From positions 2,240,001-2,304,000 of the forward strand of contig CP181291.1 of the NCBI GenBank assembly GCA_052279835.1: DNA of 64,000 bases. The letters run 5' to 3'. The position numbers and the translations under genes were made by a program. The DNA is from Microcoleus sp. (GTDB lineage Bacteria; Cyanobacteriota; Cyanobacteriia; Cyanobacteriales; Microcoleaceae). Positions 1-9,600 of this stretch are shown here, in pieces; the first letter of the stretch is position 1; each line of letters begins with the position of its first letter. The notes beneath the pieces were generated by a model. That model had not been told where the DNA came from and searched no databases. It worked only from the letters and a program-made list of their open reading frames with translations.

Positions 1-396
1 ATCGCCGTTCAAGATTTGTGTTTTAAATTTTTGATATACTTGCCGATTAAATTCTTCATAAATTGGGTAGCTCAAGGCATTATAAAGAGGCCAATTTACT
101 CGCCCGTTGGCTGTCACTTTTGCTACTATCTTATAATATTGTTTGTTTAAATTTGATTCTTCTAGGTAGAAAACTTTTTCATATTCTGGGTGTTTTTCCA
201 GAGCTGATTTATTTCTAATATGGGTGACGAGGGTGGCATCTACTAACTTGTTGATTTTGTGAAAAAAATTGTAGCCAACCAAAGGTACAGATGCCCATTC
301 AGGATTGCATTGCTCTACTATTAGTAAAACTTTTAATTTTTGCTTGTTCATTTGTTTACTACCTCTGGTGGTGAATTAATTTTAGTGAGCTTGGTG

Positions 397-1410
397 CTAG
401 CTGGCGGAATTAATGGAGTTGGTGGTTTTGTATTCGATCAACTTGCTCTGTTGACCCAGTAATCTGCGCTGGTGAAACTGGATTTGACCTTGTAGCTGGG
501 GAAATTTGGCTAATACGCAAGACAAAGCGTAGATGGCTGCGTCTTTAGTGGTGATATTCCGATGCTTTACATAATAGTTATAGGTGCGATAGGTTGCTAA
601 GGGATAGCCGCTCCATAGTAACAGGCTCCAACCTTTGCTCGGCAATGCCATTGCCAAGGCTAGCACTGGCAAGATGAATCCCCACACCCAGGTGCTGCGG
701 GTTTCTTTTACCCAATGGCGCTCTGGTTCCCCGCCGTGCATCCAGGAACCTTCGGCGTAGGCGTAACCTGCTCTTTGGGCGCGCTTCCACCACTGAGTAA
801 AACTGGTCATTTGCGCGTCGTGGAGGGTCATTTCGGCGTCTAAACGCAGGATTTTCCAATCTTTTTGGCGCAAACGCACGCAGAGTTCGGGTTCTTCGCC
901 GGCGATGAGTGTGGGATTGAAACCGCCGACTTGTTGCAAGGCTGCGACGCGCATCATGGAGTCGCCGCCACAGGCTTTGGTTTCGCCGATGGGGGTATCC
1001 CATTCGATGTCGCAGAGTTGGTTGTAGATGGTGGCTGCGGGGTATCGTTCGCGTCTGCGCCCGCAGACTGCTGCTACGTCTGGTTTGGCTGTGAGTTCGT
1101 TGTAGGCTCGATCGATCCATCCCTCAACGACTTCGCAGTCGCCATCGACAAATTGGACAAATTCGATGTCTGGTGCTATTTCCAGCAGGCGGGTAAAGCC
1201 TTCATTTCTGGCGCGGGCTGCGGTAAAGGGTGTGGATAGGTCGAGTTCTACGGTATCGGCGCCGAGCGATCGGGCTAATTCTAGGCTACCGTCTGTGGAG
1301 CCGGAATCGACGTAGATGACGCGGGAAACTTTGTTTGTGGCCGAGACTAGGCATTGGCGGAGGCGCTGCCCTTCATTTCGTCCGATCGCCACTAATCCAA
1401 TTTTTTTCAA
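397..1410 (-). CDS. Glycosyltransferase family 2
   Basis: 337 aa; GT-A motifs YVDSGSTDGS, ARNEG, FVDGD, AGEEPELC; hydrophobic C-terminus; TTG start. Confidence 0.9.
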   Translation of the reverse strand: MKKIGLVAIGRNEGQRLRQCLVSATNKVSRVIYVDSGSTDGSLELARSLGADTVELDLSTPFTAARARNEGFTRLLEIAPDIEFVQFVDGDCEVVEGWIDRAYNELTAKPDVAAVCGRRRERYPAATIYNQLCDIEWDTPIGETKACGGDSMMRVAALQQVGGFNPTLIAGEEPELCVRLRQKDWKILRLDAEMTLHDAQMTSFTQWWKRAQRAGYAYAEGSWMHGGEPERHWVKETRSTWVWGFILPVLALAMALPSKGWSLLLWSGYPLATYRTYNYYVKHRNITTKDAAIYALSCVLAKFPQLQGQIQFHQRRLLGQQSKLIEYKTTNSINSAS

Positions 1411-1543
1411 GTTTTTCCTGTTGAATGCAACTACTAAACTATTCCTGAGACATCTGTCATAATTCTTGGTGGAACAGGCACTCCTGGCTGTTCTTCACTG
1501 TCTTTTGAGGAGATGTCTGTTTCAGATCTTAATCAAAGTCGAG

Positions 1544-2098
1544 CTATTTTGATATTGTTTCTTCTACTTCTAGACAAGATTTTTCTGCTTTACTCGCTTT
1601 TTTTTCGATAATTTTTGCTGGTATTCCCACTGCGGTGGCACCGGGTGGCACATCACAGATCACCACAGCATTAGCACCAATCAAAGCATGATCGCCGATG
1701 GTTACGGAGCGAATTATTTTGGCTCCTGCACCGATATCGACATGGCCTCCTATTTTGACATCACCAACTATTGTCACCTGTTGCAGAATTAAACAGTTAG
1801 GGCCAATGGAAGCGCTGGGATGAATGACAATGCCATTAGGATGAGGCAGTACCAGTCCTCCTTCTATTTGGCAGTTTAAGGGGATGTCTGTTGCCGTTAC
1901 AACACTCCAAAAACGATGGTAGATGATATTCAAGCGACATAACAAATAGCCTAAAATCCCACCATATTGCTGCCATTTTTGATAATTACGGATAGATTTG
2001 AGCAGTTGACAATTGGGTTCCCACCACTTACCAGCTTGTTCGCGACTCCAGTCTGGTTCTGTAGCAGAAATGATTGGCTTAGTAAGTGAATCAACCAT
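1544..2098 (-). CDS. Serine O-acetyltransferase-like hexapeptide-repeat (LbH) acetyltransferase
   Basis: 184 aa; LPHPNGIVIH, IGAGAKI, IGANAVV, AVGIPA. Confidence 0.85.
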   Translation of the reverse strand: MVDSLTKPIISATEPDWSREQAGKWWEPNCQLLKSIRNYQKWQQYGGILGYLLCRLNIIYHRFWSVVTATDIPLNCQIEGGLVLPHPNGIVIHPSASIGPNCLILQQVTIVGDVKIGGHVDIGAGAKIIRSVTIGDHALIGANAVVICDVPPGATAVGIPAKIIEKKASKAEKSCLEVEETISK

Positions 2099-2184
2099 TG
2101 TTTGTCGAGTAGTTTGATGATGTATACAATTGTGTTTATTTGTGGAGTTTACATGAAAAGTAATCTCTAACTGCTGTAGGGAGA

Positions 2185-2823
2185 TTACTTGAATTGCAAC
2201 GCAGTGGGAGTTGATGTGTTGCGGTAGAAGTGCGACACTCGTAACTGTAAGAGTTCCTCTTCGATTTCTGGGTCGAAACAGCCTTCACGGTTGTTAATCA
2301 AATCCGCCCATGGCCAGCTTTGGGTTTCGGCTTGCAATTTTTTCACTAAGTCTGAGACGCGGCCGATCGGTCTGGCGGGGACACCGGCTACTATATCGCC
2401 CTCGGCAACATCTTTGGTGACGACGGCACCGGCGCCGACGATCGCATTTGGGCCGATGGTGACATTGCGAAGGACGATCGCCCTGTAGCCGATAAATACG
2501 TTGTCGCGGATATCTACCTTGCCTACGGCATCTAGTCTAACGTTGTAAGCCTGGTTGAGCATGGCGATGGAGCCGTCGTGGCCGATCACGGTACAAGAGG
2601 AGAAGTGGACGTTGTTGCCGATGCGGACGTAGGCTGGATCGGTAAACATGGTCTCCGGCAGGATGGTGCAATTTTCCCCGATCGCGTAGAAATTGCCGTG
2701 GCGACGGAGAAATTCGGCGTATTCTTGGGAACCGGGATTACAGAATCTAATGTAGAGGTTGGAAAATTTGCCGTAACGCATAGCCTGATGGCGAAGGAAT
2801 CTTTGGAGGATTGACTTAAGCAT
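2185..2823 (-). CDS. Hexapeptide-repeat acyltransferase (sugar O-acetyltransferase type)
   Basis: DNVFIGYRAIVL, VGAGAVVTKDV, VAGVPAR; ATG at 2823 (MLKSIL) overlaps the end of the upstream gene. Confidence 0.85.
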   Translation of the reverse strand: MLKSILQRFLRHQAMRYGKFSNLYIRFCNPGSQEYAEFLRRHGNFYAIGENCTILPETMFTDPAYVRIGNNVHFSSCTVIGHDGSIAMLNQAYNVRLDAVGKVDIRDNVFIGYRAIVLRNVTIGPNAIVGAGAVVTKDVAEGDIVAGVPARPIGRVSDLVKKLQAETQSWPWADLINNREGCFDPEIEEELLQLRVSHFYRNTSTPTALQFK

Positions 2824-3400
2824 TTTCCTGTTTCTTTGTAGATTGAAGAATTTTGGCGGGGATACCAACAGCAGTTTGACCGGCCGGAATGTCGGATAAA
2901 ACTACTGCATTGGCACCGATATTTACGTCGTCTCCTAAGTTGACCTTGCCGAGAATTTTTGCACCTGCGCCGATGTTAACCCGATCGCCCAATTGAGGCG
3001 ATTCTAGTGGCTTGTCCAAATAGCGGTTCCCCAGGGTTACGCCTTGGCGGATAAAGCAGTCATCGCCGATCGTACAGTGTCCGTGGATGATAATCGCACT
3101 CTGATGTTCAATCACCACCCGGCGGCCAAGCTTCACGGTGTATGGCAAATCTATGCCGTAGGTGTTGCGGACTTTTCGGTAGAGCGATCGATACAGAATA
3201 CTCAAGGGAGCTCGCAGCAGCTTCGGTTCAACTTTCATTCTCCAGACACCGAAGCGTTGAACTGCTACCGCCCGAAACCCCGGTTTTGTCCAATCGCGAC
3301 CATGAGCAATCCAGTCTTCTTTAATTTGCTGCCACAGTCCGAGTGGGGGGTTTTCTACTTGATTTGCACTGCCAATTAAGTTTTGATCGTCAGTTACCAT
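2816..3400 (-). CDS. Serine O-acetyltransferase-like LbH acetyltransferase
   Basis: 194 aa; VIEHQ, IRQGVTLG, IGAGAKILG, IGANAVV, AVGIPA. Confidence 0.88.
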   Translation of the reverse strand: MVTDDQNLIGSANQVENPPLGLWQQIKEDWIAHGRDWTKPGFRAVAVQRFGVWRMKVEPKLLRAPLSILYRSLYRKVRNTYGIDLPYTVKLGRRVVIEHQSAIIIHGHCTIGDDCFIRQGVTLGNRYLDKPLESPQLGDRVNIGAGAKILGKVNLGDDVNIGANAVVLSDIPAGQTAVGIPAKILQSTKKQENA

Positions 3401-3491
3401 AAGTTCTAATTCACACTTATTGCTTGTTTACCCTGTTCCTAGATGCCCCTGATAGTAATTTGTTTATTGGTTTTTTTGAGGGAGGTTTAAC

Positions 3492-3612
3492 GGGTGCATC
3501 TGAGTTTTTCAAATATATTCGTAGGGGCGAAGCATGACCGCTGTAAATCTCTGGCGCGAGCTAATAAATTGTCTGCGGTGATGCTTCGCCTATGCAAAAT
3601 CTGGATGCTCCC
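3492..3612. repeat. 121-bp dispersed MITE/REP-like element, copy 1
   Basis: Ends GGGTGCATC...GATGCTCCC; internal GTAGGGGCGAAGCAT...ATGCTTCGCC hairpin; closely similar same-length copy at 14711-14831. Confidence 0.85.
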
Positions 3613-3722
3613 GGTTCAACCCGGTTTATTGAGATCTAGAATACCAATTTCTAGGGTACATCACACAATATTTTATTTGGATTAACCGGGTTTATTTGGG
3701 TTTGAATTATTTACCCACTCCT

Positions 3723-4733
3723 TTAAAAATTTTTGGATTTTTCAATCTTACCCCCCTTAAAAAATACACTATTCAATACAAAATCGCTGAGAAATTTGGG
3801 TGGATCGCCGTCGGGCTTGCGTTGAAGTACGCGACGCACCCTCCAGGTGGCAAAGCCCGAAGCCCAGGATACATCAGTTAACGCTGTGTAAACCAAGCCG
3901 TAGTTTTTGAGAAAGTACCTGCGTCGGGAATCAAACCAATAAGTAGGCAGTCGTTTCGCAGGCTTTTTGCTGTCAGTGACGCCTGAGCTTTGACCTACTA
4001 GGTGAACTACGCGACTTTGGGGTACATACCAGCAACTCCAGCCAGCTTTGTGAGCTTGCAGACAAAAGTCCATTTCTTCGCAGTACATGAAATAAGCTTC
4101 ATCCATCAAGCCAATTTTTTCAAATACTTCGCGACGGACGATCATGCTGGCTCCTGCTACCCAATCAGTTTGACAGATTTCTTCGGAAATCGGAGGCGCT
4201 ACGGCCCAGTTTTTCAAAAGCTTGGATAGGAAGCCTGTACGCCAACCAAAATCGAGTTCAGTCAACAGGCTGTGAAAGCGAAAAGCTGACTCCTGGGGGG
4301 TGCCGTCAGGGTCTTCTAAGCGACTGCCGGCGATTCCTGCTTCGGGATGAGTGTCCATGAAATCGAACAGGGCTTTGATGGCACCGGGACGAACTACAGT
4401 GTCTGGGTTCAGCAGCAGGATGTAAGGTGGGGGATTGGGAGATTTCAGAGCGGGACGGATCAGGGCGTTGTTGCCGAAGGCGAATCCGCCGTTGTAGTCT
4501 AGGGGTACGAAGGATGCCCATTCGCTCCAGCCGAATTCTGCGATCGCGCTGCTAATTTCTGCGACTGAGTTATCGCCAGAGGCGTTGTCTGCAACTGCAA
4601 CCCGCATACCGGGAAGGGATTCAACTTCGTTAACTAGAGAACGCAAGCAGTCTATGGTCAAAGCCGGAGTTCGGTAGTTAACGATGACCACAAGTAGGGG
4701 ATACGGATGATTGGGCGCAATGGCATTGGACAT
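3723..4733 (-). CDS. Glycosyltransferase family 2 (rhamnosyltransferase-like)
   Basis: 336 aa; VVIVNY, DNASGD, GFAFGNN, LLNPD, YFMYCEEMDFC. Confidence 0.9.
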   Translation of the reverse strand: MSNAIAPNHPYPLLVVIVNYRTPALTIDCLRSLVNEVESLPGMRVAVADNASGDNSVAEISSAIAEFGWSEWASFVPLDYNGGFAFGNNALIRPALKSPNPPPYILLLNPDTVVRPGAIKALFDFMDTHPEAGIAGSRLEDPDGTPQESAFRFHSLLTELDFGWRTGFLSKLLKNWAVAPPISEEICQTDWVAGASMIVRREVFEKIGLMDEAYFMYCEEMDFCLQAHKAGWSCWYVPQSRVVHLVGQSSGVTDSKKPAKRLPTYWFDSRRRYFLKNYGLVYTALTDVSWASGFATWRVRRVLQRKPDGDPPKFLSDFVLNSVFFKGGKIEKSKNF

Positions 4734-4820
4734 AATGGCGATCGTCTGTTTAATAATTTCTAGCTCAGTTTGTCTCTGTTTGGCAAGAGCAGGCGATCGA
4801 CATTTTATAAATACAAATGT

Positions 4821-5738
4821 TTAAAGTCGATACTGGCGATAAACCTGACTGGCCGCTCGGTGCAATAGCGAATGCCGATAAACTAATCCCTTCATGTCAT
4901 CGCAATAGCCACCACCAATCACACAGGCCACTGGATAGCCCCCCGCCAAGCAAGTAGATAAAACTTGCATTTCCCGGCGAAATAACCCCGTATCACTTAA
5001 AGCTAATTTTCCCAGTTTGTCCGCATGGTGAGGGTCTACTCCGGCATCGTATAAAACCAAATCTGGCTTGACATCTGACAGCAAATCTGGTAAATATTTA
5101 GCCAGTGTTTGCAAATATTCGTCGTCCTCCATACCGATCGGCAAAGCGACATCTAAATCGCCCTTTTGTTTGGTACCTGGAAAATTCACCTCACAGTGCA
5201 TCGAAAAAGTAAAAACACTGTCGTCATTTTGAAAAATAACAGCGGTTCCATCCCCTTGGTGTACATCTAAATCCACAATCAATACTTGACGAACTAAACC
5301 CATTTTTTGCAGGACACGAGAGGCGATCGCCAAATCGTTAAAAATACAAAAACCAGACCCATAATTAGGGAAAGCATGATGAGTTCCTCCCGCCGTATTA
5401 CAAGCTAAACCGCATTCTAAAGCAAGCTTGGCTGTCAGTACCGTTCCAGAGGAGGCGATACAAGTCCGATTGACAAGGGCTCGACTCCAAGGAAGACCAA
5501 TTCGGCGCTGAGCTTTGGCATCAAGGGTCCCGTTGCAGTAAGCTTGAATATAAAACTCATCGTGGACAAATTGAATCCATTCTGAAGGAGGAAGTTCCGG
5601 GGCGTGAAATTGATCGTGGGAGGCGACCCCATCCGCCACGAGCATTTCAGAAAGCAGCCGGAACTTGCCCATCGGGAAGCGATGACCGGGTGGCAGGGGT
5701 GCAACGTAATCTTCGTGGTAAATAATTGGTAAGTCCAT
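4821..5738 (-). CDS. Histone deacetylase family protein
   Basis: GHRFP, GGTHHA, GFCIFND, DLDVHQGDGT, DAGVD, GGGY; start taken at MDLPII. Confidence 0.92.
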   Translation of the reverse strand: MDLPIIYHEDYVAPLPPGHRFPMGKFRLLSEMLVADGVASHDQFHAPELPPSEWIQFVHDEFYIQAYCNGTLDAKAQRRIGLPWSRALVNRTCIASSGTVLTAKLALECGLACNTAGGTHHAFPNYGSGFCIFNDLAIASRVLQKMGLVRQVLIVDLDVHQGDGTAVIFQNDDSVFTFSMHCEVNFPGTKQKGDLDVALPIGMEDDEYLQTLAKYLPDLLSDVKPDLVLYDAGVDPHHADKLGKLALSDTGLFRREMQVLSTCLAGGYPVACVIGGGYCDDMKGLVYRHSLLHRAASQVYRQYRL

Positions 5739-5817
5739 TGAGAGTATTGTAGAAGAAATAAATCTCCAATTGAAAGTGCAAACTATCAAAAAAATAAATT
5801 CGCTGGAGAACCTGTAT

Positions 5818-6342
5818 ATGGAACTAAAAATAGTTTGGGAATTGGAAAGTAACAACCCCACAAATACTGACAATTTACATCATATCAGTCAGTGGTGGGC
5901 AAATCTCCATGGCAAAGCAATTACCTGGGTAGAGCGCATTATTCCCCTGGCCGGTGATATGAGTGAAATTCACTGGCATCCCCAGCGGTTTGACGAAAAT
6001 TTTATCATGGTCAATCCTGAAATTCGTGGGGATACTCTGTATTGGTACAAACCAGATTCTCCTGTCGAAAGGAATACCATAGTTCAGAAACTGGAACTAG
6101 ACAACCTGCAACAGCAACTTTACATTTACCCTCAGTTAGAATCGGAGATAGTAATTCGGATAGCAATTCCCGAAATTAAATATCAAACCCTTGAACTGAA
6201 AAATGTCGAATTTGCCCTAGGCGAAGATAATATTATGTTGCTATGGGATGTAGAACAAGAACTGGAAATCAAAATCGCTCTTACTGCCGAAAATATTCTG
6301 AAACTTCAGGAATTACTAGCAGATAAATACCAGAAAATTTAA
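5818..6342 (+). CDS. Hypothetical protein
   Basis: 174-aa ORF from ATG 5818 filling the gap divergent from the HDAC gene; no recognised motif. Confidence 0.7.
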   Translation: MELKIVWELESNNPTNTDNLHHISQWWANLHGKAITWVERIIPLAGDMSEIHWHPQRFDENFIMVNPEIRGDTLYWYKPDSPVERNTIVQKLELDNLQQQLYIYPQLESEIVIRIAIPEIKYQTLELKNVEFALGEDNIMLLWDVEQELEIKIALTAENILKLQELLADKYQKI

Positions 6343-6637
6343 ACAATTTTTTCACTCAGATGTTGCAGCCATATAAATCAAAGACTTGGGCGCGATGTAG
6401 TGACGGTTTTTTTGTCTTTCGGCATCATTTAAAGCTGTTGGTGAAACAGCTACGATGATTGAGAAGGCTGCTATAGCCTTTCTCATTCATGAGGTTCTCT
6501 CGGATATCGGCCATAGGTCATACCTCACTTTATTAAGAACTACTCTACATAAACTAAATTTTTATGTAATTAAATAAATTTTTTAAAGTATTACTTTGGT
6601 ACTCACAGTAGAGCATAAAAAGAGGGCGACAGAAAAG

Positions 6638-9600
6638 ATGTTAATTAATTCAGAAAATATCCAAATCTTAATCATTGACGATCGACCTAATAACTTGCGA
6701 TTCTTGTCAAACATATTGACTAAAGAGGGGTACAAAGTTCAGAGGTCTATTTCCGGTGAATTGACAGTAAATTCTGACTTTGATTCTATACCTGACTTGA
6801 TTTTGCTCGATGTTGTTATGCCGAGAATGAACGGCTATGAAGTCTGTGAAAGACTAAAAGCTAACGAAAAAACCAGCGAAATTCCGGTAATTTTTTTGAG
6901 CATTCTCCATGAAGCTTATCATAAAGTTAAAGCCTTTGAAGTTGGGGGAGTTGACTACATTACTAAGCCTTTTCAAGTCGAAGAAGTTTTAGCCCGTGTC
7001 AAAAATCAACTAACTATTCAACACCTATCAAAACAATTAAAAGAGCAGAACGCCCAACTACAGCGAGAGGTGGCAGTTCGCAACACGACAGAGCAAGCAC
7101 TGCGGGAAAGTCAAGCACGGTTGCAGAAATTGGCGACTAATATACCGGGAGTAATTTATCAATTTGTGATGAATGGTGAGGGAAAATTAAACTTTGAATA
7201 TATCAGTTCTGATTGTCTAACCATATATGAATTAGACAGCGAACAAATTTTAAATAACCCTGAATTGTGTTTTGAACAAAATCATCCAGATGACCGAAAA
7301 AATATTGAAAATGCTGTGCTGATGAGCGCCCAAACTTTATCACCTTTTGCCTGCGAATGGCGGATTATTACGCCATCAGGGAAGATTAAGTGGTTGCAAT
7401 CTAATTCTCGACCAGAAATGCGTAGCAATGGAGATATTGTTTGGTATGGGGTACTTTTTGATATTAGCGATCGCAAACAATCAGATTTAGAAAAAGCGGC
7501 CGCTAAAACAGCCTTAGAACGGCAAGTTCAGCGAGAATTGCTGATTGGAAAAATAACTCAGCAGATTCGCTCTAGCTTACAACCAGACGAAATATTTCAA
7601 ACAGCAGTAACTCAAATTGGTCAGACATTCGGTGTCAATCGTTGTTTGATTCACACCTATATTACTAGCCCCCAGGTAGATATTCCTTTGGCGGCAGAGT
7701 ATCTGGAACCCGATTGCGAATCAATTCGCCATATCTCAATTCCGATTTGGGGGAATCCTCACGTCGTACAAATGATGATTCAAGATCGGGCGATCGCCTC
7801 CAATAATGTTTACTCAGATCCTCTTTTACAAGCAGCGCTACCCCTTTGCCACGAGGTGAACTTGAAATCGATGTTAGCAATTCGCACTTCCTACCAAGGG
7901 GAAGCAAACGGTGCTATCTGCTTACACCAGTGCGATCGCTACCGGGAATGGACAGAAGATGAAATCGATCTTTTAGAAACTGTGGCTGCTCAAGTAGGAA
8001 TTGCGATCGCTCAAGCTAAACTCTTAGAGCGAGAACAACAGCGACTGCAACAACTCGATCGACAAAATAAACACTTACAAGCAGAAGTTCGCACTCGCGT
8101 CCGCGCCGAACAAGCTCTACAAGAATCTGAAGCAGAATTACGAGCTATTTTTGCAGGGATGACTGACTTAGTTTTAGTAAGAAATGCCGAAGGGCGTTGT
8201 ATCAAAATCGCTCCCACAAGTGCGTCAAGTTTGATTAAACCTCCCAGCGAAATGATTAACAAAACAGCCCATGAAGTCTTACCACAATCTATTGCAGACC
8301 AGCTCTTAGCTACTATCAAACAGGTTTTAATAACCAAAGAAAGTATCAATATTGAATATAATTATACTCTAGAAGGACGCGAAATATGGCTCGACGCTAA
8401 AGTTTCTCCCCTGTCTGAAGATTCAGTAATTATTGTGGCACGAGATATTAGCGATCGCAAACAAACAGAATCCGCACTTCGAGAAAGTCAGCACTTCATT
8501 CAGGCGATCGCCGATTCCAATCCCAATCTATTGTACGTTTACGATTTAATTGAACAGCGCAACGTTTACACCAACCGCCAAATTACTGGAATGCTCGGTT
8601 ACACTTCCCCAGAAATACAAGATATGGGTACTGAAATGATGGTAAATCTGATGCACTCCGACGATTTGCCAGCCTTTTTTGAAAGTGTCAAAAAATTCAA
8701 CCTAGCCCAAGACGGCGATGTCCTAGAGTGTCAGTACCGCATGAAACATAAAAACGGTGAATGGCGATGGTTCTACAGTTGGGATACAGTATTTGTGAGA
8801 CAAACCAATGGTAAACCCAAACAAATTCTTGGTACGGCTAACGACATAACCGACCGCAAAATAGCCGAAGAAAAGTTGCTAGAATCACAGCAAAGAATCT
8901 CGTTTTTATTGCAGCAAACACCTATAGTAATTATCGAATTAAACATTAACTTAGAAGTGATTACTTGGAATCCGGCTGCGGAAAATATTTTTGGATATAG
9001 CAAAGCCGAAGTTATTGGTCATAAAGTCCCTGATTTCATCGTTCCCGAAAACTGTTCCCAGCAAATATCTATATTTTTTAACAACAATATGACTGGGGAA
9101 TTTAGTACCACTTCTACCACCTATGAAACCCAGACAAAAGATGGAAAAAAAGTAATTTGTGAGTGGTATAATACTCCGCTAATTAATGAAAAAGGTAGAG
9201 CGATCGGCATCGGTTTAATGGCGGTGGATATTACCGAACGCCAGCAAGCAGAAATGGAACTACAAGAAAGTGCATTGCGGCAAAGAGCGATCGCGCGAAT
9301 TATTGAAAAAATGCGGCAGACATTAGATATTCGAGAAATTTTTCAGGCGACAACACGAGAATTGCGCCAAACCATGAAATGCGATCGAGTCGCCATTTAC
9401 CGTTTCAATTCAGACTGGAGTGGTGAATTTGTAGCGGAATCCGTTGATAATAACTGGATTTCCCTCATCCAAGAACAGCAAATAGACCCCAACTTCACAG
9501 AAGATTCTTTAGAAAGCGAAAAGTGCCTCGTCCAAAAATTTGATAGCAGCTTACAAGAAGTATGCGACACCTATTTGCAAGAAACCCAGGGCGGCCCTTA

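Noticed and set aside
578..1239. Alternative-frame ORFs overlapping the GT2 gene, and similar shadows over other genes
   Set aside because: Fully nested in well-supported CDSs with no motifs of their own
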